In this document: positions 53,401 through 61,555 of the stretch, piece after piece
Position numbering within the stretch: the stretch's first letter is position 1
Layout of the letters: every line of letters begins with the position of its first letter
NCBI GenBank assembly: GCA_036785375.1
Contig: JAWMAR010000261.1
Span: 930,001 to 994,000, forward strand
Length of the DNA: 64,000 nt
Direction of reading: 5' to 3'
From: Leucoraja ocellata
Taxonomy: Eukaryota
Position numbers and translations under genes: made by a program
Notes under the pieces: generated by a model
Databases searched by the model: none
Told to the model about the DNA's origin: nothing
What the model saw: the letters and a program-made list of their open reading frames with translations, nothing else

Positions 53401-56400
53401 GCTTACATTACAACAGCACAGAAGGCTGCTGACAACCGTGTGGGATGGACAATCCACATCTGCAGCTTCTGTGCTTAGAAAATTAAACTAAGGCAGTATT
53501 ACAAAATGCTAATACTTCCAGATGATACATTTACATATATTAATACATATCCATTACGTATCCCTACTGACTAATTGATTTTACGTTCCCATGAATCATG
53601 ATGCTACGATTTCAAAATCCACACTGACTTTCTCTGTTTGGCTTCAGCATACAAATGTTTGCAAATGTAATTGTCATTTTCTTTATAGACTGAGTTTGCT
53701 CAGCATTCATGCCTGATTTATTACTTTTACATTTAGCTAAAAGGCTTTATTCATATATTAGCCCAAAATATATAGCACTTTAAAACTTAGCATTCAACTA
53801 ACACCCCATGTCACATGCAATGAAGCATCAGAGTTACAGAAATTGGATAGCTCCATTCGTATTTGACAGAAGTATTTTTTAACAGCTAACAATTACTGCA
53901 ATTTTTATAAAGATCTTCTTAATAAAGATTTAAAGATTTAATTTTTTTTTATAAGATCTTCACTCCAGCTCTTTTACAGCACGAAAGGTTTTATTTTAGA
54001 TTCAGATTCAGATTCAGATTCAATTTTAATTGTCATTGTCAGTGTACAGTACAGAGGCAACAAAATGCATTTAGCATCTCCCTGGAAGAGCGACATAGCA
54101 AACGATTTGAATAAATAATTTAGAAAATGTAAGCAATAACATTTTTGAGTTTCATTGGCTAAATCCTCTGGGATTGTGTGCGTGGCCGCTGAGACAACAA
54201 AGAGGGACCATTGGCAACTACATTGACCACTTTGTAATCTGTCAACGCTCTATACGTGGCGACTCTTTGCATACCTTGTGTATGGTATGCAGAACAAGGA
54301 ATTTCACTGTGGCATGTGATAATAAAGTATCAATCCATGTTCAGCCCTATTCTTCCAATAACAAACCAGCAAGAGATATCCCTGGCTTCCATTATTGGAA
54401 CCTCAATGCTCATTACACACTGCTTTTAGATACAAATTCTAAAACGTAACCTTTGCAGTCTTCTCAACTCTCTGTTAAGTTATAGCGTGCTGCAAATACA
54501 ACTATCACCTCAACCTAATGCATTTACTCCTATTGGCATGAGCTTTGGGAATTCCAATGCTTGCTTGAATAATCCTCATGTGACACACCTAGATCAAAAC
54601 TAACCCAATATTACAAATAAGCACATTTTAACATCCTCGCAGTTACACAATTCCTGAGATGCTTCTCTGCTTGTAGAAATTAACCTTGTATTTCATAGCA
54701 ACAGAGTAAGTTAACCTTCAAGATTTTTTCAATTGTAAAAAAACAAATATATATTTAATGCTGAGCACCGCACAATCTCCAAAATTTCTCAACCTAACCT
54801 TAAATTTGTTGCAGGGAACCAAAGAACTGCAGGTGCTAGAATCGTGAGCAAAATACAAAGTGCTGGAGTAACTCAGCGGGTCAGGCAGCATCGCTGGAGG
54901 ACATAATTGTTGACATTTCCGGTTGAGACTTCCATCGCTATGATGAAGGGTCCCATCCCATAATGTCGCCTATCCATGCCCGCCATGGATGCTGCCTGAC
55001 CCGCTGAGTTACTCCAGCGCTTTGTGTTTTGCTTTAAATTTGCTGCCACAGACTACAAATAGGACCCTATACTTAAAATCAACATCAACTTTAACGGGGC
55101 ATCTCACAGCATGCAGTTTTCTCTTTCCCCAAAATGATGTTTTTCAACCATTCAACATATTGCATGGAAACTGCTTGATAAAGACAGCTAGGTCAGAGAC
55201 TAGGTAACTCTTCCTCCGTGCTGCTGTGATCATCTACTGGGTGGGAGAATCATGCAGACGGATCCTGCAGTTTAACTTGAAAACACTATCCAAGGCTGAT
55301 TTTGAACATGACTACGAGTACAAGGCCAAATAGCTGATTAGTTATTTGGACAGTGCAAGATTTTTGAGGAACTGGATTGGAAAATGGAGCATTAAAAATT
55401 GAAGATTCGGAGATGGCAAAGATTCAGCAAGTTCAACATTATTGGAGGAAATTATTTTTTATCTCTGATTTAATGAGGATTTCGATTTAATTTCCCCTAA
55501 TATTTACTGGAACTTATTCAATGCAAAAGGTTTGTTAGGCGTGTCCCAGATGGTTTCCCAAAACAGCGTGTGGATAGTCCAAGTCGAGGAGGGATAATAC
55601 AGGCCCTTGTATTGGGAAAAGAGCTTAGCCTGGTGCCCGGCATTTTATTGGAAGAGCATTTAAGGAGCAGTGAACACATCTCTGGAGAGAAGGAATGGGT
55701 GACGTTTCGTGTCGAGACCCTTGGAGGATAGTGAGATCAGTGTGGAAGCACTAATATGCCAGGGCATGTTGAGATCTGCAATTCCTTGTTTCTACATTGA
55801 GATTAAGGAGGTAGTCTTGTGGTTCTTGATGAGCATCATGGTGGATAAATGCTCAGTGCGTTTATCCCATGTTATTCATAGAGGCAAGAGAGGAGATTGC
55901 CGGAGCCTTGATGAAGATCTTTTTTGTCTTCTCCAGCCTCAGGCGAGGTCCCAGAGGACTGGAGAGTAGCCAACCTTGTTCCTTTTGTCTAAGAAGGGAA
56001 GTAGAGATAATTCAGGAAATTAAAGGCCAATGAGCCTCACATTGGTGGCAGGGAAGCTATTGAAGAGGATACTTCGGGATAGGATTTATTTCCTTTTGGA
56101 AGTGTATGGGCAATTTAGACGCAGTCAGCATGGCTTTGTTAGCAGGTCATATCTTATGAACATGATTAGGTTTNNNNNNNNNNNNNNNNNNNNNNNNNNN
56201 NNNNNNNNNNNNNNNNNNNNNNNNNNNNNNNNNNNNNNNNNNNNNNNNNNNNNNNNNNNNNNNNNNNNNNNNNNNNNNNNNNNNNNNNNNNNNNNNNNNN
56301 NNNNNNNNNNNNNNNNNNNNNNNNNNNNNNNNNNNNNNNNNNNNNNNNNNNNNNNNNNNNNNNNNNNNNNGGTAAAATCGAAGGTAGACACAAAATGCTG

Positions 56401-56889
56401 GAGAAACTCAGTGGGTGAGGCAGTATCTATGGAGAGATAGAATTGGCGACATTTAGGGTCAAGACCCTTCTTCAGACTGATGTCAGGGGAGGGGGTAGGA
56501 CAAAGAAAGAATGTAGGCGGAGACAGTGGGACGAGTGGGAGAACTGGTATGGTTAACCAAAGCTATTATAAAAGGTGAATTGAATTGCAGTGGAACATTT
56601 ATAGAATGTCAATTTTTTCCAAAATTTATTGAGATAAATTGTTGACCAGTGAATTAATAATGTTTTAAACCAAAATGGGCCATATGGAATTGTTCCTGAA
56701 CGATTTCCAGCTGGTCCAACAAATCACAATACAGACTTAATTACTTACATACATGCAAATTCAAAAACTGTTCCATAACCCGATAAATCATACCTGATGC
56801 TCAGCTAGTTGCTGAACTAAGTCATCAGTGACTGTGATGAGCTTTACTTGAGCCTGTTCAGCCAAGGAGACTGGTGGGCTTCCAGCCAT
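8386..56889 (-). CDS. NR2C1: Nuclear receptor subfamily 2 group C member 1 (TR2), multi-exon; 13 coding exons seen, last exon missing from window
   Basis: Manually spliced exons give a continuous frame with a C4 zinc-finger DBD ([61 protein letters not shown]) and an [47 protein letters not shown] and [26 protein letters not shown] match NR2C1 rather than NR2C2 as I recall them. All introns are GT-AG with matching phases. Confidence 0.9.
9249..10055 (-). mobile_element. HE1-type SINE split by a CR1 fragment (about 9458-9984, minus)
   Basis: ORF 9601..10035 is a chimera of SINE head and CR1 C-terminus; CAGCA at both junctions. Confidence 0.85.
10092..10229 (-). CDS. NR2C1: Exon: [46 protein letters not shown] (LBD)
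   Basis: aacAG acceptor, GTGAG donor; 138 nt. Confidence 0.98.
10330..10690 (+). mobile_element. Rex1/Babar-like LINE 3' end
   Basis: Degenerate [19 protein letters not shown]-type coding remnant followed by a 3' UTR with AATAAA. Confidence 0.65.
11291..11480. mobile_element. Fold-back Penelope-derived mini-element with 13-bp TSD
   Basis: TSD TCATTTAAAATAG at 11278-11290 and 11481-11493; palindrome centred on gtttcgggccccgaaac. Confidence 0.85.
11560..12546 (+). pseudogene. Decayed Tc1-like DNA transposon (left IR/DR plus transposase remnant)
   Basis: TA|CAGTG terminus; repeated ccataatgtttgggaca at about 11569 and 11764; ATG at 11918; [25 protein letters not shown] and LQQDNDP motifs with stops and a deletion; no right end. 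Confidence 0.88.
12716..13004 (+). mobile_element. HE1-type SINE
   Basis: tRNA-like head, V-domain, (ctaaa)n tail. Confidence 0.85.
13140..13935 (-). mobile_element. Older Penelope-like remnant (GIY-YIG region plus 3' UTR)
   Basis: ORF 13724..13912 [19 protein letters not shown] resembles the endonuclease region of the element at 37158-38961. Confidence 0.7.
17050..17353 (-). mobile_element. HE1-type SINE, full length
   Basis: Head, V-domain and tail present. Confidence 0.88.
18078..18217 (-). CDS. NR2C1: Exon: [46 protein letters not shown] (LBD)
   Basis: cacAG acceptor, GTTGG donor; 140 nt; overlaps ORF 18031..18237. Confidence 0.97.
18327..18939 (-). mobile_element. Penelope-like 3' fragment (endonuclease end plus terminal repeat)
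   Basis: Reverse complement resembles 38400-38945. Confidence 0.8.
19283..19570 (-). mobile_element. CR1 3' fragment
   Basis: ORF 19286..19573 TRGH...[14 protein letters not shown]. Confidence 0.85.
20019..20805 (+). mobile_element. Rex1/Babar-like LINE 3' fragment
   Basis: ORF 20133..20465 [15 protein letters not shown]...KKSHQRLYF...FYRCAVES; AATAAA and (cat)n tail. Confidence 0.82.
22110..23058 (+). mobile_element. HE1-type SINE split by a Rex1/Babar LINE 3' fragment (about 22367-23014)
   Basis: ORF 22319..22894 [15 protein letters not shown]...[19 protein letters not shown]; (ctgaat)n tail; SINE resumes at gggtgggccgaagggcc. Confidence 0.88.
23129..23250 (-). CDS. NR2C1: Exon: [41 protein letters not shown] (LBD)
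   Basis: cgcAG acceptor, GTTAG donor; 122 nt. Confidence 0.98.
23992..24169. mobile_element. Fold-back Penelope-derived mini-element with 15-bp TSD, inside a CR1 3' end
   Basis: TSD TACTGATTCTGGATG at 23977-23991 and 24170-24184; removing it restores the CR1 UTR. Confidence 0.88.
25830..26179 (+). mobile_element. L1/Tx1-like 3' UTR with poly(A), containing a 26-bp tandem repeat
   Basis: T-rich UTR, AATAAA and A-tail; TTCTCGATTTATGTATCAATTTACAC repeated about 2.9 times at 26005-26079. Confidence 0.55.
26401..26575 (-). CDS. NR2C1: Exon: [15 protein letters not shown]...[17 protein letters not shown]
   Basis: ttcAG acceptor, GTACAC donor; 175 nt. Confidence 0.96.
26714..26928. mobile_element. 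Fold-back Penelope-derived mini-element with 16-bp TSD
   Basis: TSD ACTAAAGGAATCAACT at 26698-26713 and 26929-26944; axis cttcttcaga-g-tctgaagaag. Confidence 0.88.
27759..27937. mobile_element. Fold-back Penelope-derived mini-element with 15-bp TSD
   Basis: TGAAAGTGACTGCAG at 27744-27758 and TGAAAATGACTGCAG at 27938-27952. Confidence 0.8.
28068..28252 (-). CDS. NR2C1: Exon: [29 protein letters not shown]...DQSASDITR
   Basis: ttcAG acceptor, GTAAT donor; 185 nt; overlaps ORF 28064..28282. Confidence 0.96.
28357..28450 (-). CDS. NR2C1: Exon: [32 protein letters not shown] (hinge)
   Basis: AG/GT boundaries; 94 nt; overlaps ORF 28309..28494. Confidence 0.93.
29373..29669. mobile_element. PIF/Harbinger-type MITE
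   Basis: TIR of about 45 bp, AGGGGCTGTCCCACTGTAYGAGCTAATTCAAGAGTTCTCCCGAGTTT; TAA TSD; inserted in a Penelope-type terminus (gagTAActcag). Confidence 0.88.
29971..30118 (-). CDS. NR2C1: Exon: [50 protein letters not shown]
   Basis: AG/GT boundaries; 148 nt; follows a 92-bp intron. Confidence 0.97.
30211..30390 (-). CDS. NR2C1: Exon: [60 protein letters not shown] (DBD)
   Basis: P-box CEGCKG and second zinc finger; ttcAG acceptor, GTAAG donor; 180 nt. Confidence 0.98.
31324..31628 (+). mobile_element. HE1-type SINE, full length
   Basis: A-box TGGCGCAGCGG, B-box GGTTCGATCC, V-domain, tail. Confidence 0.9.
31981..32185. mobile_element. PIF/Harbinger-type MITE
   Basis: 25-bp TIR (A/G)GGGCCTGTCCCACTTTCACAACCT; TAA TSD; inserted in a Rex1-like remnant. 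Confidence 0.88.
32590..32757. mobile_element. PIF/Harbinger-type MITE, left TIR partly deleted
   Basis: AGGGCCTGTC...AGTGGGACAGGCCCT; flanks TGA and TTA. Confidence 0.65.
33058..33361 (-). mobile_element. HE1-type SINE, full length
   Basis: Ends about 43 bp from the donor of exon 33405-33489. Confidence 0.9.
33405..33489 (-). CDS. NR2C1: Exon: [29 protein letters not shown] (start of zinc finger 1)
   Basis: tgtAG acceptor, G|GTAAG donor, 85 nt. Confidence 0.95.
35425..35652 (-). CDS. NR2C1: Exon: [32 protein letters not shown]...[10 protein letters not shown] (A/B domain)
   Basis: tgtAG acceptor, CAG|GTAG donor, 228 nt, phase 0-0; overlaps ORF 35410..35604. Confidence 0.95.
37158..38961 (+). 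mobile_element. 5'-truncated, decayed Penelope-like element (RT plus GIY-YIG endonuclease, Neptune-like) with 14-bp TSD
   Basis: ORF 37341..37946 [10 protein letters not shown]...[16 protein letters not shown]; downstream [10 protein letters not shown] and [14 protein letters not shown]...EH...PVAGHF remnants; TSD ATAATCTTAGCAAA at 37144-37157 and 38962-38975. Confidence 0.9.
38814..38841 (+). ncRNA. Minimal hammerhead-ribozyme-like core in the Penelope 3' terminal repeat
   Basis: CUGAAGA-A-GGGU(CUCG)ACCC-GAAAC-GUC. A second near-intact copy lies at 59645-59672 on the minus strand. Minimal hammerheads in PLE termini are established; activity here is untested. Confidence 0.6.
41580..43050 (+). 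mobile_element. RTE-X-like LINE, 5'-truncated
   Basis: NYRPIALAS; ILAYWYAHQ...[22 protein letters not shown]...HIMYADDL; AATAAA and (tta)n tail; splits a CR1 tail (gagtcatag|agcatgg). Confidence 0.8.
43113..43414 (-). mobile_element. HE1-type SINE
   Basis: Matches the other copies. Confidence 0.88.
44158..44292 (-). CDS. NR2C1: Exon: [45 protein letters not shown]
   Basis: Pyrimidine-rich tract plus cacAG acceptor at 44293-44294; open frame; internal ATG at 44229 gives MTSTPQRIQ..., like TR4 MTSPSPRIQIISTDSAVASPQRIQ; donor CAG|GTAGAA. Confidence 0.85.
44774..44951. mobile_element. Fold-back Penelope-derived mini-element with 15-bp TSD, nested in an older Penelope-type terminus
   Basis: TAACGTTTCAGCTCA at 44759-44773 and TAATGTTTCAGCTCA at 44952-44966. 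Confidence 0.8.
46311..46770 (-). mobile_element. RTE-clade LINE 3' fragment
   Basis: ORF 46413..46742 [11 protein letters not shown]...[10 protein letters not shown]...[13 protein letters not shown]; (AAG)n tail. Confidence 0.85.
47672..47970 (+). mobile_element. HE1-type SINE
   Basis: Head, body and tail present. Confidence 0.82.
53998..54110 (-). mobile_element. Rex1/Babar 3' tip, same family as the 22367-23014 copy
   Basis: (gattca)n tail; reverse complement of about 22915-23014. Confidence 0.8.
54813..55033. mobile_element. Fold-back Penelope-derived mini-element with 13-bp TSD
   Basis: TTAAATTTGTTGC at 54800-54812 and TTAAATTTGCTGC at 55034-55046. Confidence 0.78.
56794..56889 (-). 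CDS. NR2C1: Putative first coding exon: [32 protein letters not shown]
   Basis: Acceptor ...ctgaccatgacAG at 56911-56912; in-frame ATGs at 56904 and 56889; donor CAG|GTATGA, phase 0, matching the next exon. [11 protein letters not shown] resembles mammalian NR2C1 EEIAHQIIEQQ. Confidence 0.65.
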
Positions 56890-57102
56890 AGACACCCGAT
56901 GCATATGAACCTGTCATGGTCAGAAAGCACCATTTAGCAAAGAGTACAAAACCCCAGCGGAACAAGTATTCAACCAAGATAGACACACAAAGCTGGTGGA
57001 ACTCAGCCGGTCAGGCAGCATCTCTGGAGAAAAGGAATAGGTGACGTTTCAGGTCTCGACCTGTCTTCAGTCTGAAGAAGGGTCTCGACCTGAAACGCCT
57101 CT

Positions 57103-57635
57103 ATTCCATGGAGCGTAGGAGGATGAGGGGAGATCTTTTGGAGGTATACAAAATCATGAGAGGAAAAGATCGCTTAGATGCACAGAATCTATTACCCAGA
57201 GTAAGGGGATTGAGGACCATAGGACATAGGTTCAAGGTGAAGGGGAAAAGATTTAATAGCAATCCAAGTGATAACGTTTGTGATAAGGGGGGGTTGGAGC
57301 AGTCGCTCTCTCCAGCTCTCCAGCTATATGGGACTAGGGGAGATTATGTGTTCGGCACGAACTAGAAGGGTCGAGATGGCCTGTTTCCGTGCTGTTATAT
57401 GGTTATATGGTTTTCACACAGAGGGTGGTGGGTGTATAGAACAAGCTGCCAGAGGAGGCTGGGACTATCCCATCCTTTAAGAAACAGTTGGACAGGTACA
57501 TAGTTAAGACAGATTTGGTGGGTTATGGACCAAGCACAGGCAGGTGGGACTAGTGTAGCTGGGACATTGTTGGCCGGTGTGGGCGAGTTGGGCCAAAGGG
57601 CCAATTTCCACACTGTATCACTCTATGACTCTATG
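57103..57635 (+). mobile_element. CR1 3' fragment with a nested second CR1 tip (about 57280-57410)
   Basis: [16 protein letters not shown] motif; nested tip ends in a (ttatatgg)2 tail. Confidence 0.8.
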
Positions 57636-57660
57636 CCTATTAAATCAGTTTTAAAATTAA

Positions 57661-58350
57661 CTAGACCAAGTGCAGACCCGTTGGGCCTGTTCCCCCAACG
57701 TGCAGTTGACGGGGGGGTGGGCTGCTCTATCTGCGGGGAGAGGGCGAGAGGAAGGAGAGGAAGGGGCAGAGAGGTGAAGGGGGGGGGGGGGGGGGGGGCG
57801 GGGGTTGGAGCAGTCGCTCTCTCCAGCTCCAGGCTTTGCTCGAGCCCAGGCAGCAGAATCCCCACCAGGCATGGACTGGAGAGGGGCCACGGGCGGGGAT
57901 AGACCTGAGGATGCCGAGCGAGGCGGCGGGCGGTCGTCGAACCGGGCTTTGCCCGCGGCGGCAGTCTCCGGAGAGGGAGAGGGAGAGACAGAGACAGAGA
58001 GACAGAGAGACAGAGAGACAGAGAGACAGAGAGACAGAGAGGGCAGAGACAGAGAGAGGGGGGAGACAGCTGGCGGTCGTGGGGCGGCTTCTCACGGCTG
58101 TTTTTAAATGGCATCTTTGAGGCGAGAGGCGGGTGCCAGCAGCCGTTATGGTCGCTGGCCAGCAGGAGGCGACAAAATGAGTGAATTGGGGGGGGGGGGG
58201 GGGAGAAGGATTTTATTAAAAATGTGTATATAAACACGACAAGATTTAATCAGGAATGGATACTTGGAATGAAAAGTGAAATCTCTACCGAAATGGAAAA
58301 AATCTCTGCGTTTTTGCGTGTGGTGTTGGCGTAGCAACGAATCAAAGGCT
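57661..58350 (-). mobile_element. Second non-autonomous Helitron family (5' end lost in gap)
   Basis: 3' terminus CTAG|T at 57661-57664 with subterminal hairpin CAGACCC-GTT-GGGCCTG, same geometry as the 2246 element; internal (GAGAGACA)n. Confidence 0.7.
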
Positions 58351-60285
58351 NNNNNNNNNNNNNNNNNNNNNNNNNNNNNNNNNNNNNNNNNNNNNNNNNN
58401 NNNNNNNNNNNNNNNNNNNNNNNNNNNNNNNNNNNNNNNNNNNNNNNNNNNNNNNNNNNNNNNNNNNNNNNNNNNNNNATAAGAAAAATACTTTAAGAAA
58501 AATTGTATGCATTCAGATTTTCAAATAAAATATTTGCTAATAGAATAAATCAGTCCATTGGATATATTTAATAGTTTATTTTTCATAATATCAAAAATTG
58601 TGCACTTCAATATTTTTGAGTGTGTATTCCTGATAACAGGAGATAGAAAACAAACCAGACAGCTGTCCCAACACCAATCCCATGAGTACTGATGTTGTTA
58701 CTACAAAATTAGTCTCAATATTCATGTATATTGGGGGCAATTAATCTTCAAACAATGCAGGTGGACAGATCTTAATATATTATAAAATAGGATAAATACA
58801 TTGTGTGTGCAATCAGATAACATTAAATATTTCCACAGAGTACAGCCCTGTAGACTGCCATAGGCAAGAAGAAACAGCTGTATAATTAGTGTCAAGATTA
58901 TTCTACATATGCAACATGCTGTCGTAATGGCCCATATACGAGAATAATTGCAAACTCAAAACCTATTACCACTCCCAAAGTGGCAAAAAAACAACTTACC
59001 TCCTACTTGTCCTCACAACGTTCTCAAGCTTTCATACGTCTTAATGCTACTTTTTCTCCCAATTACTTGTTTTTCAGCATGCCTAAGAGGAGGAAGAAAA
59101 TAACATTTTTTTTAAATGAGCAAATTGAAGATATATTACAACATTATTAAGATTGACACAAAAAGCTGGAGTAACTCAGCAGGACAGGCAGCATCTCTGG
59201 AGAGAGGAATGGGTGACCTTTCGGGTCGAGACCCTTCTTCAGACACGAAACGTCACCAATTCCTTCTCTCTTGAGATGCTGCATGTCATTTCTGGAGCTA
59301 ACAAGCTAACCAGCATCTGGAGTTCCTTCCTATACATCTCATTTAATTAAATGGACTTCAAAGTATACGTACATACTTTCTGTTACCACGTTCCTAGTTT
59401 CGCACTTGTTTTTGTTTTACATAGTTTTTTCTTAAATTTAAGAGATTAGATCTGTGGTCAAAATTCAGGTTGCATTGATGTGCAGCAAAGAATCAAATAT
59501 CCAGAAGTATAATGGAAAACAGAGTGAAAGTCAAAAACTGTTCATTCCAATATCCCAGCCCTCGTTCTGACCGAAAGTTGGGGGTGAGTGTTAGTGAACA
59601 CAAGCAGCTGGGACAGGCAGCATCTCTGGAGTGAAGGAATAGGTGACGTTTCGGGTTGAGACCCTTCTTCAGACTAGAGTCAGGGGAAAGGGAAATGAGA
59701 GATAGAGACGGTGAAGTGGAGAGATATAGAACAAAAGTAACGATGATACAGGAAACAGGCCATTGTTGGCTGTTTGCCAGGTGAGAACGAGAAGCTGGTG
59801 CAACTTGGTTTGTGGAGGGATGGAGAGAGAGAGGGAATGGACGGGAACAAAGGCAAGACATTACTTCAACCTACCAATCATGGTCATTAAATTGTACAAG
59901 ACAGAAATTAATATTTTTTTCCTTCCTCATATGCAAATGTAAATTTGCCTATGTTAAAATTAATTCGGCAATAAATCCAGAAATCACTGAATGAAATCCC
60001 CTGGCCACTTTCACAGTTCCAAGTTGTCTCTTCAATGGTTCAAGAGTCAAATTAACCCTGCTGGCATGTTTGCTCCCTCTTCTCTCTCCAGCTTTGTTAA
60101 GGTAGGGACATGCAGATAAGTGAAACCAATGGGGAGATGGCATATATTGGACAGGCAAAGCAAATGTTATACTGCCCAAGGTGAGAGTGAGAAGAGTTTA
60201 ACTCACTTGGCATTCGAGAATACTCGCAATCCAGGGTAGCAGTGCATGGCAGCTGCAATAAACCAACCAGTGGCAAGACCAGCTT

Positions 60286-60703
60286 ATAGAGTCATACAGC
60301 GTGGAAACAGGCCCTTCGGCCCAACATGCCCACACGGACCAACATGTCCATCTACACTGGTCCCACCTGCCAGCCTTTGGCCCATATCCATCTAAACTTA
60401 TCCTATCCATGTACCTGTCTAATTGCTTCTTAAATGTCACGATAGTGCCTACCTCAATTACCTACTCCAGCAGCTCGATCCATACACCCCCCACTCGTTG
60501 CGTGAAAAAGTTACCCCTCAGATTCCGATAAAATCTTTCCCCCCTTCACCTTAAACCTCTGCCCACTGTTTCTCGATTGCCTCACTCTGGGCAAGAGACT
60601 GTGTGTGTCCACCTGATCTATTCCTCTCATGATTTTACACTCCTCTTTAAGACCACCCCGCATCCTCCTGTGCTCCAGGGAATAGCGTCCCAGCCTGCTC
60701 AAC
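60286..60703 (-). mobile_element. CR1 3' fragment
   Basis: RLGRYSLEHRRMRGGL and [11 protein letters not shown] motifs. Confidence 0.82.
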
Positions 60704-60925
60704 AATGCTGTATAACATTCTACAAGGAGGCCCAGTGTGACCGCCATATTCACCCAGTCACACGTTGAACATTGAATATCTTCCTCTTTTATCCCTGGAA
60801 TAAATAAGATGGTATCAGAGTCCACTACTTTATATAGAGTGCTTAATTGCAAAACAGGGGTCCCCAAATTACTCTGCAAACATGGAATCACAGAAGTGGA
60901 CAGCACAGAAATGGCTCTTAACTCT

Positions 60926-61555
60926 TAGAAACATAGACAATAGGTGCAGGAGGAGGCCATTCGGCCCTTCGGGCCAGCACCACCATTCATTGTGATCATG
61001 GCTGATCGTCCCCTATCAATAACCCATGCCTGCCTTCTCCCCATATCTTTTGACTCCATTAGCCCCTAGAGCTCTATCTAACTCTCTCTTAAATCCATCC
61101 AGTGATTTGGCCTCTACTGCCCTCTGTGGCAGGGAATTCCACAAATTGACAACTCTCTGGGTGAAAACGTTGTTTCTCACCTCAGTCTTAAATGACCTCT
61201 CCTTTATTCTAAGACTGTGGCCCCTGGTTCTGGACTTGCCCAACATTGGGAACATTTTTCCAGAATCTAGCTTGTCCAGTCCTTTTAAAATTTTATATGT
61301 TTCTATAAGATCCCCCCTCATCCTTCTAAAATCCAGTGAATACAAGCCTAGTCTTTTCAATCTTTCCTCATATGACAGTCCCGCCATCCAGGGATCAATC
61401 TTGTGAACCTACGCTGCACTGCCTCAATCACAAGGAATGAGATTCTCAAATTAGGAGACCAAAACTGCATACAAAACTCCAGATGTGGTCTCACCAGAGC
61501 CCTATACAACTACAGAAGAACCTCTTTACTCCTATACTGAAATCCTCTTGTTGTG
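60926..61555 (-). mobile_element. CR1 3' fragment (young)
   Basis: ORF 61016..61387 [16 protein letters not shown]...[13 protein letters not shown]. Confidence 0.9.

Noticed and set aside
57623-58237. 204-aa Pro-rich ORF and overlapping ORFs
   Set aside because: Translation of G-runs and (GAGAGACA)n within a Helitron-like element.
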